The notes: generated by a model not told the origin, from the sequence alone. A DNA stretch of 49,899 nt from an uncultured Bacteroides sp. (GCA_964454925.1 CAYVXC010000001.1:3927-53825), one strand, 5' to 3'; counted from the stretch's first letter, positions 37,574-47,321 are shown. Numbers and translations: made by a program.

Positions 37574-37648
37574 TATTTTAACTATAGTCATGCACAGTCG
37601 GCCTCCGGGCGAAGTCTGCTCGGACGCCGATGTCTTTTTTTGGACATG

Positions 37649-37681
37649 TAAAATTACACTTTTTTCATGTAATCGCCCAAA
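37649..37681 (-). promoter_or_regulatory. Putative promoter of the dcw run (-33 TTTG, N21, -7 TAATTTTA)
   Basis: Plus-strand CAAA 37678-37681 and TAAAATTA 37649-37656; one mismatch to TAnnTTTG. Confidence 0.45.
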
Positions 37682-37928
37682 TGTCGGACACGCTTTTTTA
37701 ATTAAAGTTATCAACGCATGACCTTATGTGATAAAAATTCTTTGACGGATTGATTAAATTTTTGTGACAACGCTTTTTGATAATGAAATATTTCGTTTCT
37801 TTGCACTAACCAATCTCAAGTTATATATCCACCAACAACAGAAATCGTAACGCCGGTCTATGAGACCGGACGGTGAATATAGAATTTACGCATACTACTC
37901 TACGCTTTAATCTGACCGGAAACAAACC

Positions 37929-38645
37929 ATGTCAATCGGAAGTACCAATACATTAGGCTCGGTTCTGCTCGTAGACAGCGAGAAGCATATCACCGACCTT
38001 TTGTCTTATAATCTCGACAACGAGAGTTTTGAAGTTCATGTCGCCAACGATGCTGAAGAAGTAGCGTCCTCCGACCTGACTCGCTATCGTCTTATCATCG
38101 CTGACGCTATGGAGCAATCTTTCAGCGGCCGCGATCTTCTGCGTTCGATTAAGAGCAATCCCCTCACGACCCATATCCCCGTAATTCTCGTCACTCACTC
38201 GGACAGCGAGGACGACATTCTGGCGGCCTTCGATGACGGTGTCGATGACTATGTGTTTAAACCGTTCTCTCTCCGGGAACTCATTGCACGCATCAAAAGC
38301 GTACTCCGCCGTCATCCGATCGTACCTTCGACCCAGGGCGGTAAATCGGCCATCATCAAAAGCGGCAAACTCGAACTTGATCTCGTTTCGCGCCGTGTCA
38401 CCGATGACGGCGTAGTCGTTCCGCTGACCAAGACCGAATTCGCGATCCTCGCCCTTCTGATGAAAAACAAATCGGCGTTCTTCAACCGCCGTCAGATTTA
38501 TTGTGAAGTATGGGGTCGCAGCGACCGTGACGAAAATGACCGCACAGTCGACACGAACATTTCACGCCTTCGCAAAAAACTCGGTTCCTCCGGGGCTGCC
38601 CTTGTCAACCGTTCGGGTATGGGCTATGCCGTCGTTGATGTCTGA
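37929..38645 (+). CDS. Orphan OmpR/PhoB-family response regulator
   Basis: Receiver (LLVDSE, IIAD, VT, KPFS) plus winged helix (LTKTEFAIL, RTVDTNISRLRKKL, GMGY); no kinase nearby. Confidence 0.9.
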   Translation: MSIGSTNTLGSVLLVDSEKHITDLLSYNLDNESFEVHVANDAEEVASSDLTRYRLIIADAMEQSFSGRDLLRSIKSNPLTTHIPVILVTHSDSEDDILAAFDDGVDDYVFKPFSLRELIARIKSVLRRHPIVPSTQGGKSAIIKSGKLELDLVSRRVTDDGVVVPLTKTEFAILALLMKNKSAFFNRRQIYCEVWGRSDRDENDRTVDTNISRLRKKLGSSGAALVNRSGMGYAVVDV

Positions 38646-38663
38646 TTAAAAGTCCACGCTTTT

Positions 38664-39275
38664 ATGTCTGCCGCCCGAACGCAACGCGCTCCACTGCCGT
38701 CATGCTCGGTGGCCGGTATCTATGAAGCCGGAACCGACGAAGCCGGTCGCGGATGTCTGGCCGGGCCCGTCTTCGCCGCGGCTGTAATTTTGCCCGACGG
38801 TTTCACCCATCCCCTGCTTAACGATTCAAAAAAGATGACCGAACATGCCCGCGATGTTCTTCGGCCCGTCATTGAGTCCGAAGCGATCGCCTGGGCCGTC
38901 GGAGTGGTCTCAAACGAGGAAATAGATGAAATCAACATTTTGAACGCCTCGATTCTGGCAATGCACCGTGCGCTCGACGGACTCTTTCCCGGCCCGGGAC
39001 GTGTCATCGTCGACGGAAACCGGTTCAAACCGTGGCGCGAAGTGCCGTTCGAAACGTTTGTGAAAGGTGACGGACGATTCGGGAATATTGCCGCCGCATC
39101 AGTCCTCGCCAAAACCCACCGCGACGAATTCATGCGTCGCGCAGCCGAGCGATACCCCGTCTACAACTGGGCCGTCAACAAAGGCTACCCGACCGCAGAC
39201 CACCGCGCAGCCATCGCCGCCCACGGCCCCTGCCCCCTCCACCGCCTCACCTTCCGCCTCCTCCCGGAGAAATAA
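38664..39275 (+). CDS. rnhB: Ribonuclease HII
   Basis: [33 protein letters not shown] and KGYPT. Confidence 0.96.
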   Translation: MSAARTQRAPLPSCSVAGIYEAGTDEAGRGCLAGPVFAAAVILPDGFTHPLLNDSKKMTEHARDVLRPVIESEAIAWAVGVVSNEEIDEINILNASILAMHRALDGLFPGPGRVIVDGNRFKPWREVPFETFVKGDGRFGNIAAASVLAKTHRDEFMRRAAERYPVYNWAVNKGYPTADHRAAIAAHGPCPLHRLTFRLLPEK

Positions 39276-39330
39276 TCGAATCACGGGCTCATTTAGATCA
39301 ATTTTATTAGGCTAAATGAAACTAATTCGT

Positions 39331-39356
39331 TACCTTTGCGGTGTCATAAATTTATG
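39331..39356 (+). promoter_or_regulatory. TA promoter -7 (TACCTTTG) and palindromic operator CATAAATTTATG
   Basis: TACCTTTG at 39331-39338; perfect 12-bp palindrome at 39345-39356 overlapping the start region. Confidence 0.6.
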
Positions 39357-39692
39357 CTGATGGAACGAAACATCATTTTCTCCGAAGAATATCTCGAATT
39401 TAAGAATTCCCTGAACTCTCGAGCAATCGAAAAACTGGATTATTGTATATCCATTCTCAGGACTGCACTTCCATTAACAACCAAATTCGTCAAAAAAGTA
39501 GTCAGCTCGGATTTTTACGAACTTCGCGTTACTGTAGATAATGAATTGAGAATTATTTTATTTGCGGTCGATAACGACAACATCAGTTTGGCGACCAAAA
39601 TAATAGTGCTCAACGGTTTCGTCAAAAAGAGTAATAAAGATTATGACAAACAAATTAGAAAAGCCTTTAATATATTGACCTCACTGATATGA
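39354..39692 (+). CDS. Type II toxin, RelE/ParE superfamily (HigB-like)
   Basis: FYELRV...LRIILF...VLNGFVKKS; toxin-first gene order. Start is ATG 39354 or 39360. Confidence 0.85.
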   Translation: MLMERNIIFSEEYLEFKNSLNSRAIEKLDYCISILRTALPLTTKFVKKVVSSDFYELRVTVDNELRIILFAVDNDNISLATKIIVLNGFVKKSNKDYDKQIRKAFNILTSLI

Positions 39693-40045
39693 CAAAGAAT
39701 TATCCAAGACTTAGCAATGAGCAGATAGAGAAATTGCGGAAGATCGATCTTTCAACTGTTCCGGGACTTACGTCTGCGGAGGATGAACTGTCAAAAAAAT
39801 ATGGTGAACCCGGTTCTCCTTCAAGAATTGAATTTGAAAACCGCTCGAAGGCATGGTACTATGGTGAGATTCTGCGCGAACGAAGAAAAGCACTCAAAAT
39901 GACCCAAAAAGAATTGGCTGAGACAATCGGACGTGAACGAACCTACATAAGCCGAATTGAAAAAGGCGAAACAGATATGCAGTTGTCTTCGTTCCTACGA
40001 ATCGCCTCAGCGCTCGGGATAGCTGTCAACCTGACAACCATGTAA
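39689..40045 (+). CDS. XRE-HTH antitoxin (HigA-like)
   Basis: ATGA overlap with the toxin; LRERRKALKMTQKELAETIG...ISRIEKG. Confidence 0.85.
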   Translation: MTKNYPRLSNEQIEKLRKIDLSTVPGLTSAEDELSKKYGEPGSPSRIEFENRSKAWYYGEILRERRKALKMTQKELAETIGRERTYISRIEKGETDMQLSSFLRIASALGIAVNLTTM

Positions 40046-40050
40046 TGCTC

Positions 40051-40085
40051 GAACATGTCAGACGTATTTTGCACGTCTGACGTTC
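40051..40085. terminator. Hairpin between the convergent TA module and uvrC
   Basis: GTCAGACGT-N7-ACGTCTGAC stem; no clear U-tract. Confidence 0.45.
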
Positions 40086-40089
40086 CCGA

Positions 40090-41919
40090 CTAAACAGTTT
40101 GATTATCAGAGGTTTCGGTGGAAAGGCCGGCTTTGACGAGTTTGGCTTTGGCCGGGCCGACAATCTTTGCGATCTCCTGGACTGAAGCCTCGCTGATTCG
40201 TTTCACACTTTTAAAGTGACGTATCAGCGCACCGGCCGTCGCAGGGCCGATTCCTTTTATTTCGTCGAGTTTGCTTTTGATCTGGGATTTCGATCGCAAA
40301 TCCCTGTGGAAAGTGATGCCAAAACGGTGGGCCTCGTCACGAAGATGCTGAACGACCCTCAATGTTTCACTCGTTTTGTCGATATATAGCGGCACACTGT
40401 CACCCGGAAAATAGATTTCTTCGAGGCGTTTTGCGATGCCGACTATAGAGATTGTCCCGCGCAAACCGATGCTTTCAAGTGCTTCGACCGCCGCACTCAG
40501 TTGCCCTTTTCCTCCGTCGACGACTATGAGTTGAGGGAGTTCCTCCCCTTCCTGCATCAGCCGGGTATAACGGCGTGTGATTACCTCTTTCATCGATGCG
40601 AAATCATCCGGGCCCTCGACAGTCTTGATTTTGAAGTGACGGTAGTCTCGCTTCGACGGTTTTCCGTTGCGGAAAACTACACACGAAGCGACCGGATTTG
40701 TCCCCTGTATGTTCGAGTTATCGAAGCACTCGATATGTCGCGGAAGTTCGGGCAATCTGAAATCGCTTTTCATTCGTTCGAGAAGGCGCTCTGTCCGTTC
40801 TTCGGGATTGTGTTTTTCCATGTGTTTCAAATCGTCGATTCTCGTCTGGCGGGCATTTCTCGTCGAGACTTCGAGCAACTTAGCCTTGTCTCCACGTTGA
40901 GGAATGGTAAACATCACGTCGGGCATCTCGACTTCCGGGGTCATCGGAACGACCACCTCATCATAAGTCACACCGAGAGAAGTTTTGATTTCGTCCATCG
41001 CGAGGGCCAGAAGCTCGGCGGGACTTTCCTCGAGCCGGCGCTTGTATCTAAGTGTAACTGCTCTTACAACCGCTCCGCGACGGACATGCATGTAATTGAT
41101 ATATACGTCGCGGTCATCATCATCGATGCCGAAGACATCGAGCTCCCCGATAGTCTGGGAAACGATGACACTCTTGCTGCGGTAGTTCGCCAGTAGATCA
41201 TATCGCGTCTTTATTTCCTGAGCTTCCTCAAAACGCAAATCGGCCGCATATCGTTCCATCTCACTTTTAAGATACTCCATCAATTCGTGGGTGTCACCGC
41301 GTAAAATCTGCCTGATATGCTCGATCTGCACGCCATATTCATCCGGAGAAATCAGCCCCGTGCAACACCCCGGACATTTCTTGATATGATATTTTAGACA
41401 TAATCTGCCCTTTCCCTTCTCTATATAATCGCGTGTGATCGGCAACCGACATGTCCTGATCGGATAAAGTTCCTGTATCAGCTCCAGGACAGTCCGCGCG
41501 ACTCCGATATTGGTATAAGGTCCGAAATACTTTGATCCGTCTTTGATATGCTGGCGAGTCAGAAAGACGCGCGGATAGAGTTCGTTGGTCACCACAATCC
41601 ACGGATAAGATTTATCGTCTTTCAAAAGGACATTATACCGAGGCTGATGCTCCTTGATCATCGAGTTCTCAAGATTCAGAGCATCTTGTTCGGTCGGCAC
41701 AACTATGTATGACATGTCTGCAATCGCTCTTACGAGCAGATTGGTACGGAGGCTGTCATGAGTGCGGTTGAAATAAGACGAAACACGCCTTTTCAGATTC
41801 TTCGCCTTGCCCACATAAATAACTTTCCCCTGGGCATCATAATAGGTATAGACACCCGGGGTTGTAGGCAGAAAGGATATTTTTTCTTTGAGTTCAGGAG
41901 ATTTTTCGTGTTTTGCCAT
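40090..41919 (-). CDS. uvrC: Excinuclease ABC subunit C
   Basis: GIY-YIG (PGVY...YVGKAKNL), ECFDNSN, VDGGKGQL, RDEAHRF and HhH. Start taken at ATG 41919. Confidence 0.97.
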   Translation of the reverse strand: MAKHEKSPELKEKISFLPTTPGVYTYYDAQGKVIYVGKAKNLKRRVSSYFNRTHDSLRTNLLVRAIADMSYIVVPTEQDALNLENSMIKEHQPRYNVLLKDDKSYPWIVVTNELYPRVFLTRQHIKDGSKYFGPYTNIGVARTVLELIQELYPIRTCRLPITRDYIEKGKGRLCLKYHIKKCPGCCTGLISPDEYGVQIEHIRQILRGDTHELMEYLKSEMERYAADLRFEEAQEIKTRYDLLANYRSKSVIVSQTIGELDVFGIDDDDRDVYINYMHVRRGAVVRAVTLRYKRRLEESPAELLALAMDEIKTSLGVTYDEVVVPMTPEVEMPDVMFTIPQRGDKAKLLEVSTRNARQTRIDDLKHMEKHNPEERTERLLERMKSDFRLPELPRHIECFDNSNIQGTNPVASCVVFRNGKPSKRDYRHFKIKTVEGPDDFASMKEVITRRYTRLMQEGEELPQLIVVDGGKGQLSAAVEALESIGLRGTISIVGIAKRLEEIYFPGDSVPLYIDKTSETLRVVQHLRDEAHRFGITFHRDLRSKSQIKSKLDEIKGIGPATAGALIRHFKSVKRISEASVQEIAKIVGPAKAKLVKAGLSTETSDNQTV

Positions 41920-42016
41920 CGTATTTGTGTGTATCATTAAAAATGGAGGACGCACATATAGTGCGCCCTTTCATTGTGCGGACCCGATCGCGATCTTATC
42001 GGCCTACCCCATTCTA

Positions 42017-42535
42017 TCAATAAGTGATCAACGCGCTGACCTCTGCGTCGGCAGGAAGATTGGCGCGTCCGTTGAGTGCACCAAGTTCGATAATAAAATT
42101 AATATAGATTTTCTTGGGGTTCATACTCTTTACGAGTTCGTATGCCGCAGCCATGGTTCCACCGGTTGCAAGGACATCATCGTGAATAACCACGACATCG
42201 TCGGGGGTTATTGCATCGCGGTGCATCTCGATCACGTCAACACCATATTCTTTTTTATATTCGGCTTTAACCGTATCGGCCGGAAGTTTGCCAGGCTTAC
42301 GCGCCGGAACAAAACCTGCGCCGAGCTCGAAAGCAAGAATCGAGCCTCCTATAAAACCGCGCGATTCGATACCGACAACTTTTGTTACGCCTTTATCACG
42401 GTAAAGTTGAGACAAGTCCCACCCGATAATATGAAGCGCTCGCGGATCCTTGAAAACGGTTGTGAGATCTTTAAACACGATTCCCTTTGTGGGAAAATCG
42501 ACAACATCTCTGATTTTTGACTTGATATATTCCAT
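42017..42535 (-). CDS. apt: Adenine phosphoribosyltransferase
   Basis: DFPTKGIVFKD, GIESRGF, RKPGKLP and DDVLATGGT. Confidence 0.96.
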   Translation of the reverse strand: MEYIKSKIRDVVDFPTKGIVFKDLTTVFKDPRALHIIGWDLSQLYRDKGVTKVVGIESRGFIGGSILAFELGAGFVPARKPGKLPADTVKAEYKKEYGVDVIEMHRDAITPDDVVVIHDDVLATGGTMAAAYELVKSMNPKKIYINFIIELGALNGRANLPADAEVSALITY

Positions 42536-42664
42536 TATCGTCGAATTTATATAATTAGAATTTTATTCATTTAAAAAGGGACTCTAAGAGTTCCATCAAA
42601 ACATGTGATACTCTTTTGCAAAACCAGCCTAACTCTTTGAAGTGAGGGATGTTGAACGCCTTAT

Positions 42665-42680
42665 TGTTTCACGTGGAACA
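42665..42680. other. parS centromere site
   Basis: TGTTTCACGTGGAACA (reverse complement TGTTCCACGTGAAACA) matches the widespread parS consensus TGTTNCACGTGAAACA. Confidence 0.85.
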
Positions 42681-42685
42681 CAATA

Positions 42686-44563
42686 TTATCTCCCGTGGAG
42701 AAGCAAAAGGATATTAATATCACTTGGGGACACACCGGGGATTCGCGATGCCTGTCCTACCGTATCAGGCCGTTGACGTGACAATTTTTGGCGAGCTTCT
42801 GTTGAAAGCGCATTGATAGATTCATAATCAAAGTCGGGTTTGATTCGAACGGTTTCCAATCTACGGAGTTTGTCGGCCTGTAATTGTTCGCGCTGAATGT
42901 ATCCATCATATTTAAGCAATATTTCAGCTGACTCAATAATCTCATCACGCCTGTCTTCAGGAATTCGTTCGACTTCCTTCTGTAACTCAGGCAAAGCGCT
43001 TGCAAGAAGAACAATATTCAATTGGGGTCGAAGTACCAGATCAAGCAACTTGACTCCTTGTTTTAACGGCTGGCAGCCGACACTCTCGAGTAGGTTTGCA
43101 ACCCTTTCGGCACGAACGGAGAAATTACGAATGAAATCTATAAGACGATCTCGGTAAAAAAGCTTCTCTTGTAGAATCTTCATTCGGCCATCATCGACGA
43201 GTCCGACCTCATGGGCACGTGGAGTCAACCGTACATCGGCATCATCTTGGCGCAATAAAATACGATATTCGGCACGGCTTGTAAACATGCGGTAAGGCTC
43301 ATCTACACCTTTTGTTATTAAGTCATCGATTAAAACGCCTATATACGCTTCGTCACGTGCCAAGGTGAACGGTTCTTTATCTTGCACAAATAGTGCCGCA
43401 TTCGCACCCGCTATGAGTCCCTGCCCTGCTGCTTCTTCATAACCTGTAGTTCCATTGATCTGACCGGCAAAAAACAGCCCTTTTATTAGCTTTGTCTCAA
43501 GGGTTGGTTTGAGTTGGGTAGGATCAAAAAAATCATACTCTATTGCATATCCGGGTCGATAAACACGGACATTCCGAAGTGCCGGGATAGTTTTAAGTGC
43601 CTCTATCTGTATGTCTATCGGCAGAGACGAACTGAATCCATTCAAATAGTATTCTTGTGTTGTTTGGCCTTCAGGCTCAAGGAAGAGCTGGTGCTCGTTT
43701 TTATCAGCAAAAGTGACAATCTTGGTTTCAATCGAAGGACAATATCGCGGCCCGATACTCTGGATCTGACCGTTATATAGAGGTGAATCCGGCAGACCGC
43801 GTCTTAGAACTTCGTGTGTCTCCGCGTTTGTATAAACAGTAAAACATGGTCTCTGGACAAGACACCGTTTCACATTGGGCAGATATGAGAAATGATGAAA
43901 ATCATCGTCGCCATCTTGGCGGGTTGTCTGACTCCAATCGACAGAACGTCCGTCGATTCGAACAGGAGTTCCTGTTTTCATGCGATCAGCCCTGAATCCG
44001 ATTTCCTTAAGCTGCTCGGTCAGACCGTATGACGCCGGCTCAGAAATGCGCCCCCCGGGGAGCTTTGTACGCCCGATGTGCATAAGTCCGTTAAGGAACG
44101 TTCCATTCGTGAGTACAACAGCGCGCGCAAGGAAACGAGTTCCTGTGGCGGTAACGACACCTTTGACAGATTGATCGTCTATAATAAGTTCGACAACATT
44201 ATCTTGCCACATGTCGAGATTGGGCGTATTTTCGAGAGTCTCACGCCAAATCTTGGAAAACTCCATTCTATCTGCTTGAGAACGAGGACTCCAAACGGCC
44301 GGGCCCTTTGACCGGTTTAACATACGGAATTGTATGGCTGAGCGGTCAGTAACTACACCCATCTGTCCACCTAAAGCATCTATCTCTCTGACTATCTGAC
44401 CTTTAGCAATACCACCAACGGCCGGATTACAACTCATCTGAGCTATTTTGTTCATATCCATCGTGATAAGTACAGTCCGTGCGCCCAGTCGCGCTGAAGC
44501 CGAAGCAGCCTCGCAACCGGCGTGTCCTGCACCGACCACAATTACATCATACTCAAAAGTCAT
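42686..44563 (-). CDS. mnmG: tRNA uridine-5-carboxymethylaminomethyl(34) synthesis enzyme MnmG (GidA)
   Basis: GAGHAGCEA, MSCNPAVGG, GPRYCPSIE, GQINGTTGYEEA and EPYRMFTSRAEYR. Confidence 0.98.
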   Translation of the reverse strand: MTFEYDVIVVGAGHAGCEAASASARLGARTVLITMDMNKIAQMSCNPAVGGIAKGQIVREIDALGGQMGVVTDRSAIQFRMLNRSKGPAVWSPRSQADRMEFSKIWRETLENTPNLDMWQDNVVELIIDDQSVKGVVTATGTRFLARAVVLTNGTFLNGLMHIGRTKLPGGRISEPASYGLTEQLKEIGFRADRMKTGTPVRIDGRSVDWSQTTRQDGDDDFHHFSYLPNVKRCLVQRPCFTVYTNAETHEVLRRGLPDSPLYNGQIQSIGPRYCPSIETKIVTFADKNEHQLFLEPEGQTTQEYYLNGFSSSLPIDIQIEALKTIPALRNVRVYRPGYAIEYDFFDPTQLKPTLETKLIKGLFFAGQINGTTGYEEAAGQGLIAGANAALFVQDKEPFTLARDEAYIGVLIDDLITKGVDEPYRMFTSRAEYRILLRQDDADVRLTPRAHEVGLVDDGRMKILQEKLFYRDRLIDFIRNFSVRAERVANLLESVGCQPLKQGVKLLDLVLRPQLNIVLLASALPELQKEVERIPEDRRDEIIESAEILLKYDGYIQREQLQADKLRRLETVRIKPDFDYESINALSTEARQKLSRQRPDTVGQASRIPGVSPSDINILLLLHGR

Positions 44564-44600
44564 TATAAATTTACTTTAGTTTACGTGACAAAAATAACTA

Positions 44601-44608
44601 CAAATATA
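44601..44608 (-). promoter_or_regulatory. -7 element (TATATTTG) of the mnmG promoter
   Basis: Plus-strand CAAATATA, ~38 bp upstream of the mnmG start. Confidence 0.6.
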
Positions 44609-44919
44609 CGAAATGTTTTCGGTGTTTGCAATCGAATGGTTCTAAATAAACACAACATATTAATTAATAGAGCTTTGCAAGAATATGAAGGAATATTCTA
44701 CTAAATCTGGAAAACAAAAAAGTGTCATGATAATGGTCAAATCAGCAAATAAAATTAATTTAATCTGAACAAAATAAAGGTTGAATCGTATAGAATAGAA
44801 AAGTCATGAATACGCAAGCCGGCGGTAATGATGTTGACACTACGTTTTGATTGGCAACCTGGTATCACAAAATTTGATACATATAAACTTCAATCTATAT
44901 ACATTAAAAACACATTTTT

Positions 44920-45888
44920 ATGAAAACAATCACCCTTTCAAAGGCTCAGATTCAAGAAGCAGTACAGGATGCTTACAACGAGGTCAAAACTATGACCGGA
45001 GGTGTGAACGCCCACTACATCCCCTATCTGGCAAACATCAATCCCGATCTGTTCGGCATTAGCGTAACTCTCGAGGACGGCACACAATACAGCGTCGGCG
45101 ATACTGAATATAAATTCGGTATCGAATCTGTGTCTAAAGTGCCTACCGCAATCCTTACTTTGCGTGAATACGGTCCTAAAACTATCCTTGAAGACATTGG
45201 TGCCGATGCCACCGGCCTTCCTTTCAATTCAATCTTTGCTATACTTCTTGAAAATGACCATCCTTCAACACCACTTGTTAACGCAGGCGCGATTTCAGCA
45301 TGTTCGATGGTCGAACCCAAGGGTGATTCTGATGCAAAATGGGCTGCAATCGTCAAGAATATAACCGAACTGGCCGGTTCGGCACCACAACTTCTGGACG
45401 AACTCTATAAGAGTGAATCAGATACCAACTTCAATAACCGAGCAATCGCCTGGTTACTTAAAAATTATAACCGAATTTATGATGATCCCGCCATGAGTCT
45501 TGACCTCTACACTCGTCAGTGCTCACTGGGTATCACTGCAAGCCAGCTTGCAATTATGGCCGGTACAATTGCCTTCCAGGGCAAAAACCCTGTCACCAAA
45601 ACCCAAGTCTACGATCCTGAACTGTCAGCAAAAATCACCGCAATGATCGCGGCAGTAGGATTCTACCAGAAGACAGGTGACTGGATGTACACGTCAGGAA
45701 TTCCCGCAAAGAGCGGTGTTGGCGGCGGTATCCTCGGCGTCTATCCCGGCGTAATGGGTATTGCAGCATTTGCACCTCCATTGGATGAAGCAGGTAACTC
45801 AGTCAAAGGTCAGGCCGCTGTAAAAGCCGTCATGAACAAACTCGGGATCGGAATATTCACCGGAAATCAGGTCGTTGTAAAAGACTGA
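44920..45888 (+). CDS. glsA: Glutaminase A
   Basis: YIPYLA, FGIESVSK (SxxK), PLVNAGAI, YTRQCS, PAKSGVGGG and PPLDEAGNSVKG. Confidence 0.95.
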   Translation: MKTITLSKAQIQEAVQDAYNEVKTMTGGVNAHYIPYLANINPDLFGISVTLEDGTQYSVGDTEYKFGIESVSKVPTAILTLREYGPKTILEDIGADATGLPFNSIFAILLENDHPSTPLVNAGAISACSMVEPKGDSDAKWAAIVKNITELAGSAPQLLDELYKSESDTNFNNRAIAWLLKNYNRIYDDPAMSLDLYTRQCSLGITASQLAIMAGTIAFQGKNPVTKTQVYDPELSAKITAMIAAVGFYQKTGDWMYTSGIPAKSGVGGGILGVYPGVMGIAAFAPPLDEAGNSVKGQAAVKAVMNKLGIGIFTGNQVVVKD

Positions 45889-45957
45889 TTCCGCGTCACT
45901 GCCCGACTTATTTCAACTATAAACTAATATAAAACACACATTTAAATTCTTACCACT

Positions 45958-47265
45958 ATGCAAGTAAAAACCGGTAAAGGCACCATTTCCGCAATGGTTG
46001 TCATAGCGATCTGGTCGCTGTCTCTGGCGGTCGATCTTCCCGGGTTGGCAGTGACACCTATTCAAGGCAGTCTCCGTTCGATTTTCACCGATGCTACCGA
46101 CCTCAAAATTCAACTTTTGACTGTATTACCCAATTTGGTTATCATACCGTTTGTGCTCCTATCGGGTAAACTATCCGAAACCAAACACAAGGTTACTGTA
46201 ATCGCACTCGGCACAATTCTCTATTTGATTTCCGGTGTATGGTCAATCTTTGCAAACTCCCTCAACAGTCTTATCTGGCTTAGCTGTCTGCTTGGCGCCG
46301 GCTGTGGTCTCATCCTCCCGTTCTCAACCGGTCTTATCGCCGATGTATTCTCGGGTAAATACCGCATGAAACAGATGGGTATCATCTCCGCTATCGGTAA
46401 CATCGCCCTCGTCCTCGCAACATTCGCAGTTGGTTTCCTCGTCGCAGGCAATCTTCACGAAACATGGCACCGCGCCTTCTTCGTATACCTCATTCCGCTG
46501 CTGTCACTCATTCTGATCCCCTTCCTCAACAAAATTCCTAAATCGGATTATGCAAGCGAACCCGCATCGGAAACCACCAGTGACGATAAAAAATCTACTA
46601 CCGCAACTACAGCCACAACTACTTCCGTTCCCGCAGTTGATGCCGACGGTTTCTCTACCAAAGGTCAGAAAGTTAAAGACGGCTTCTATCTCGGACGTAC
46701 CGTTTGGTTGCTTCTCGCTTACTTCTTCTTTGTATTTGCAACCTGTATTCCCTGCTACTACCTGCCTAACTTCAGCTGGATCGACTCAGAATCAGCATCA
46801 GCAATGACCTCTACATTCTACGCTGCAATGTTCGTCGTCGGCCTTGCTCTTACTCCCGTCATGAAAGTATTCCGTCGCTGGACCTTCATTCTCGCCGCAG
46901 GTCTCATCGTCATCGGTTTCGGAATGTTCATCATCCACGAAGGCTCTATCGCCCTCTATATCGTAGCAGCCGCTCTCTGTGGTCTTGGTAACGGTATCGC
47001 ACAGCCTATCTTCTATACCAAAGCAACCGAAGTAGTTGTCTCTGACAGCAAATCTACTCTTTCTCTCGCATACCTCCAGGTCGCTAACTATGTAGCCATC
47101 TCACTGGTTCCCGTTATCATCACCTTCGGTGAAAAGATCTTCAACACCACCAGTGACCTCTTCCCCTTCATATTCGTTGGAATTGCTACCCTGGTCGTAT
47201 TCTGCTTCGTTATCATCCGCAACAGACACTTCGTATTCGGCATGAGCAAAAACTATTACGAATAA
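45958..47265 (+). CDS. MFS transporter
   Basis: About 12 hydrophobic segments in two halves, LSGKLSE motif-A-like loop and a Thr-rich central loop. Confidence 0.85.
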   Translation: MQVKTGKGTISAMVVIAIWSLSLAVDLPGLAVTPIQGSLRSIFTDATDLKIQLLTVLPNLVIIPFVLLSGKLSETKHKVTVIALGTILYLISGVWSIFANSLNSLIWLSCLLGAGCGLILPFSTGLIADVFSGKYRMKQMGIISAIGNIALVLATFAVGFLVAGNLHETWHRAFFVYLIPLLSLILIPFLNKIPKSDYASEPASETTSDDKKSTTATTATTTSVPAVDADGFSTKGQKVKDGFYLGRTVWLLLAYFFFVFATCIPCYYLPNFSWIDSESASAMTSTFYAAMFVVGLALTPVMKVFRRWTFILAAGLIVIGFGMFIIHEGSIALYIVAAALCGLGNGIAQPIFYTKATEVVVSDSKSTLSLAYLQVANYVAISLVPVIITFGEKIFNTTSDLFPFIFVGIATLVVFCFVIIRNRHFVFGMSKNYYE

Positions 47266-47321
47266 ATCTAATATTAACAAATTAAAAAAACACTACTAAC
47301 TCTCCAAAAACCCAAACTATC

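Noticed and set aside
37853-37869. CCGGTCT-ATG-AGACCGG hairpin in the response-regulator leader as a riboswitch
   Set aside because: A single 7-bp stem with no recognisable aptamer features.
44575-44595. Second parS-like sequence (GTTTACGTGACAAA)
   Set aside because: Needs a gap and several mismatches to fit the consensus.
44564-44919. AT-rich gap upstream of mnmG as oriC
   Set aside because: No clear TTWTNCACA DnaA boxes seen, and the plus strand stays C-rich on both sides by eye, so no skew switch is evident. Not excluded, but unsupported.
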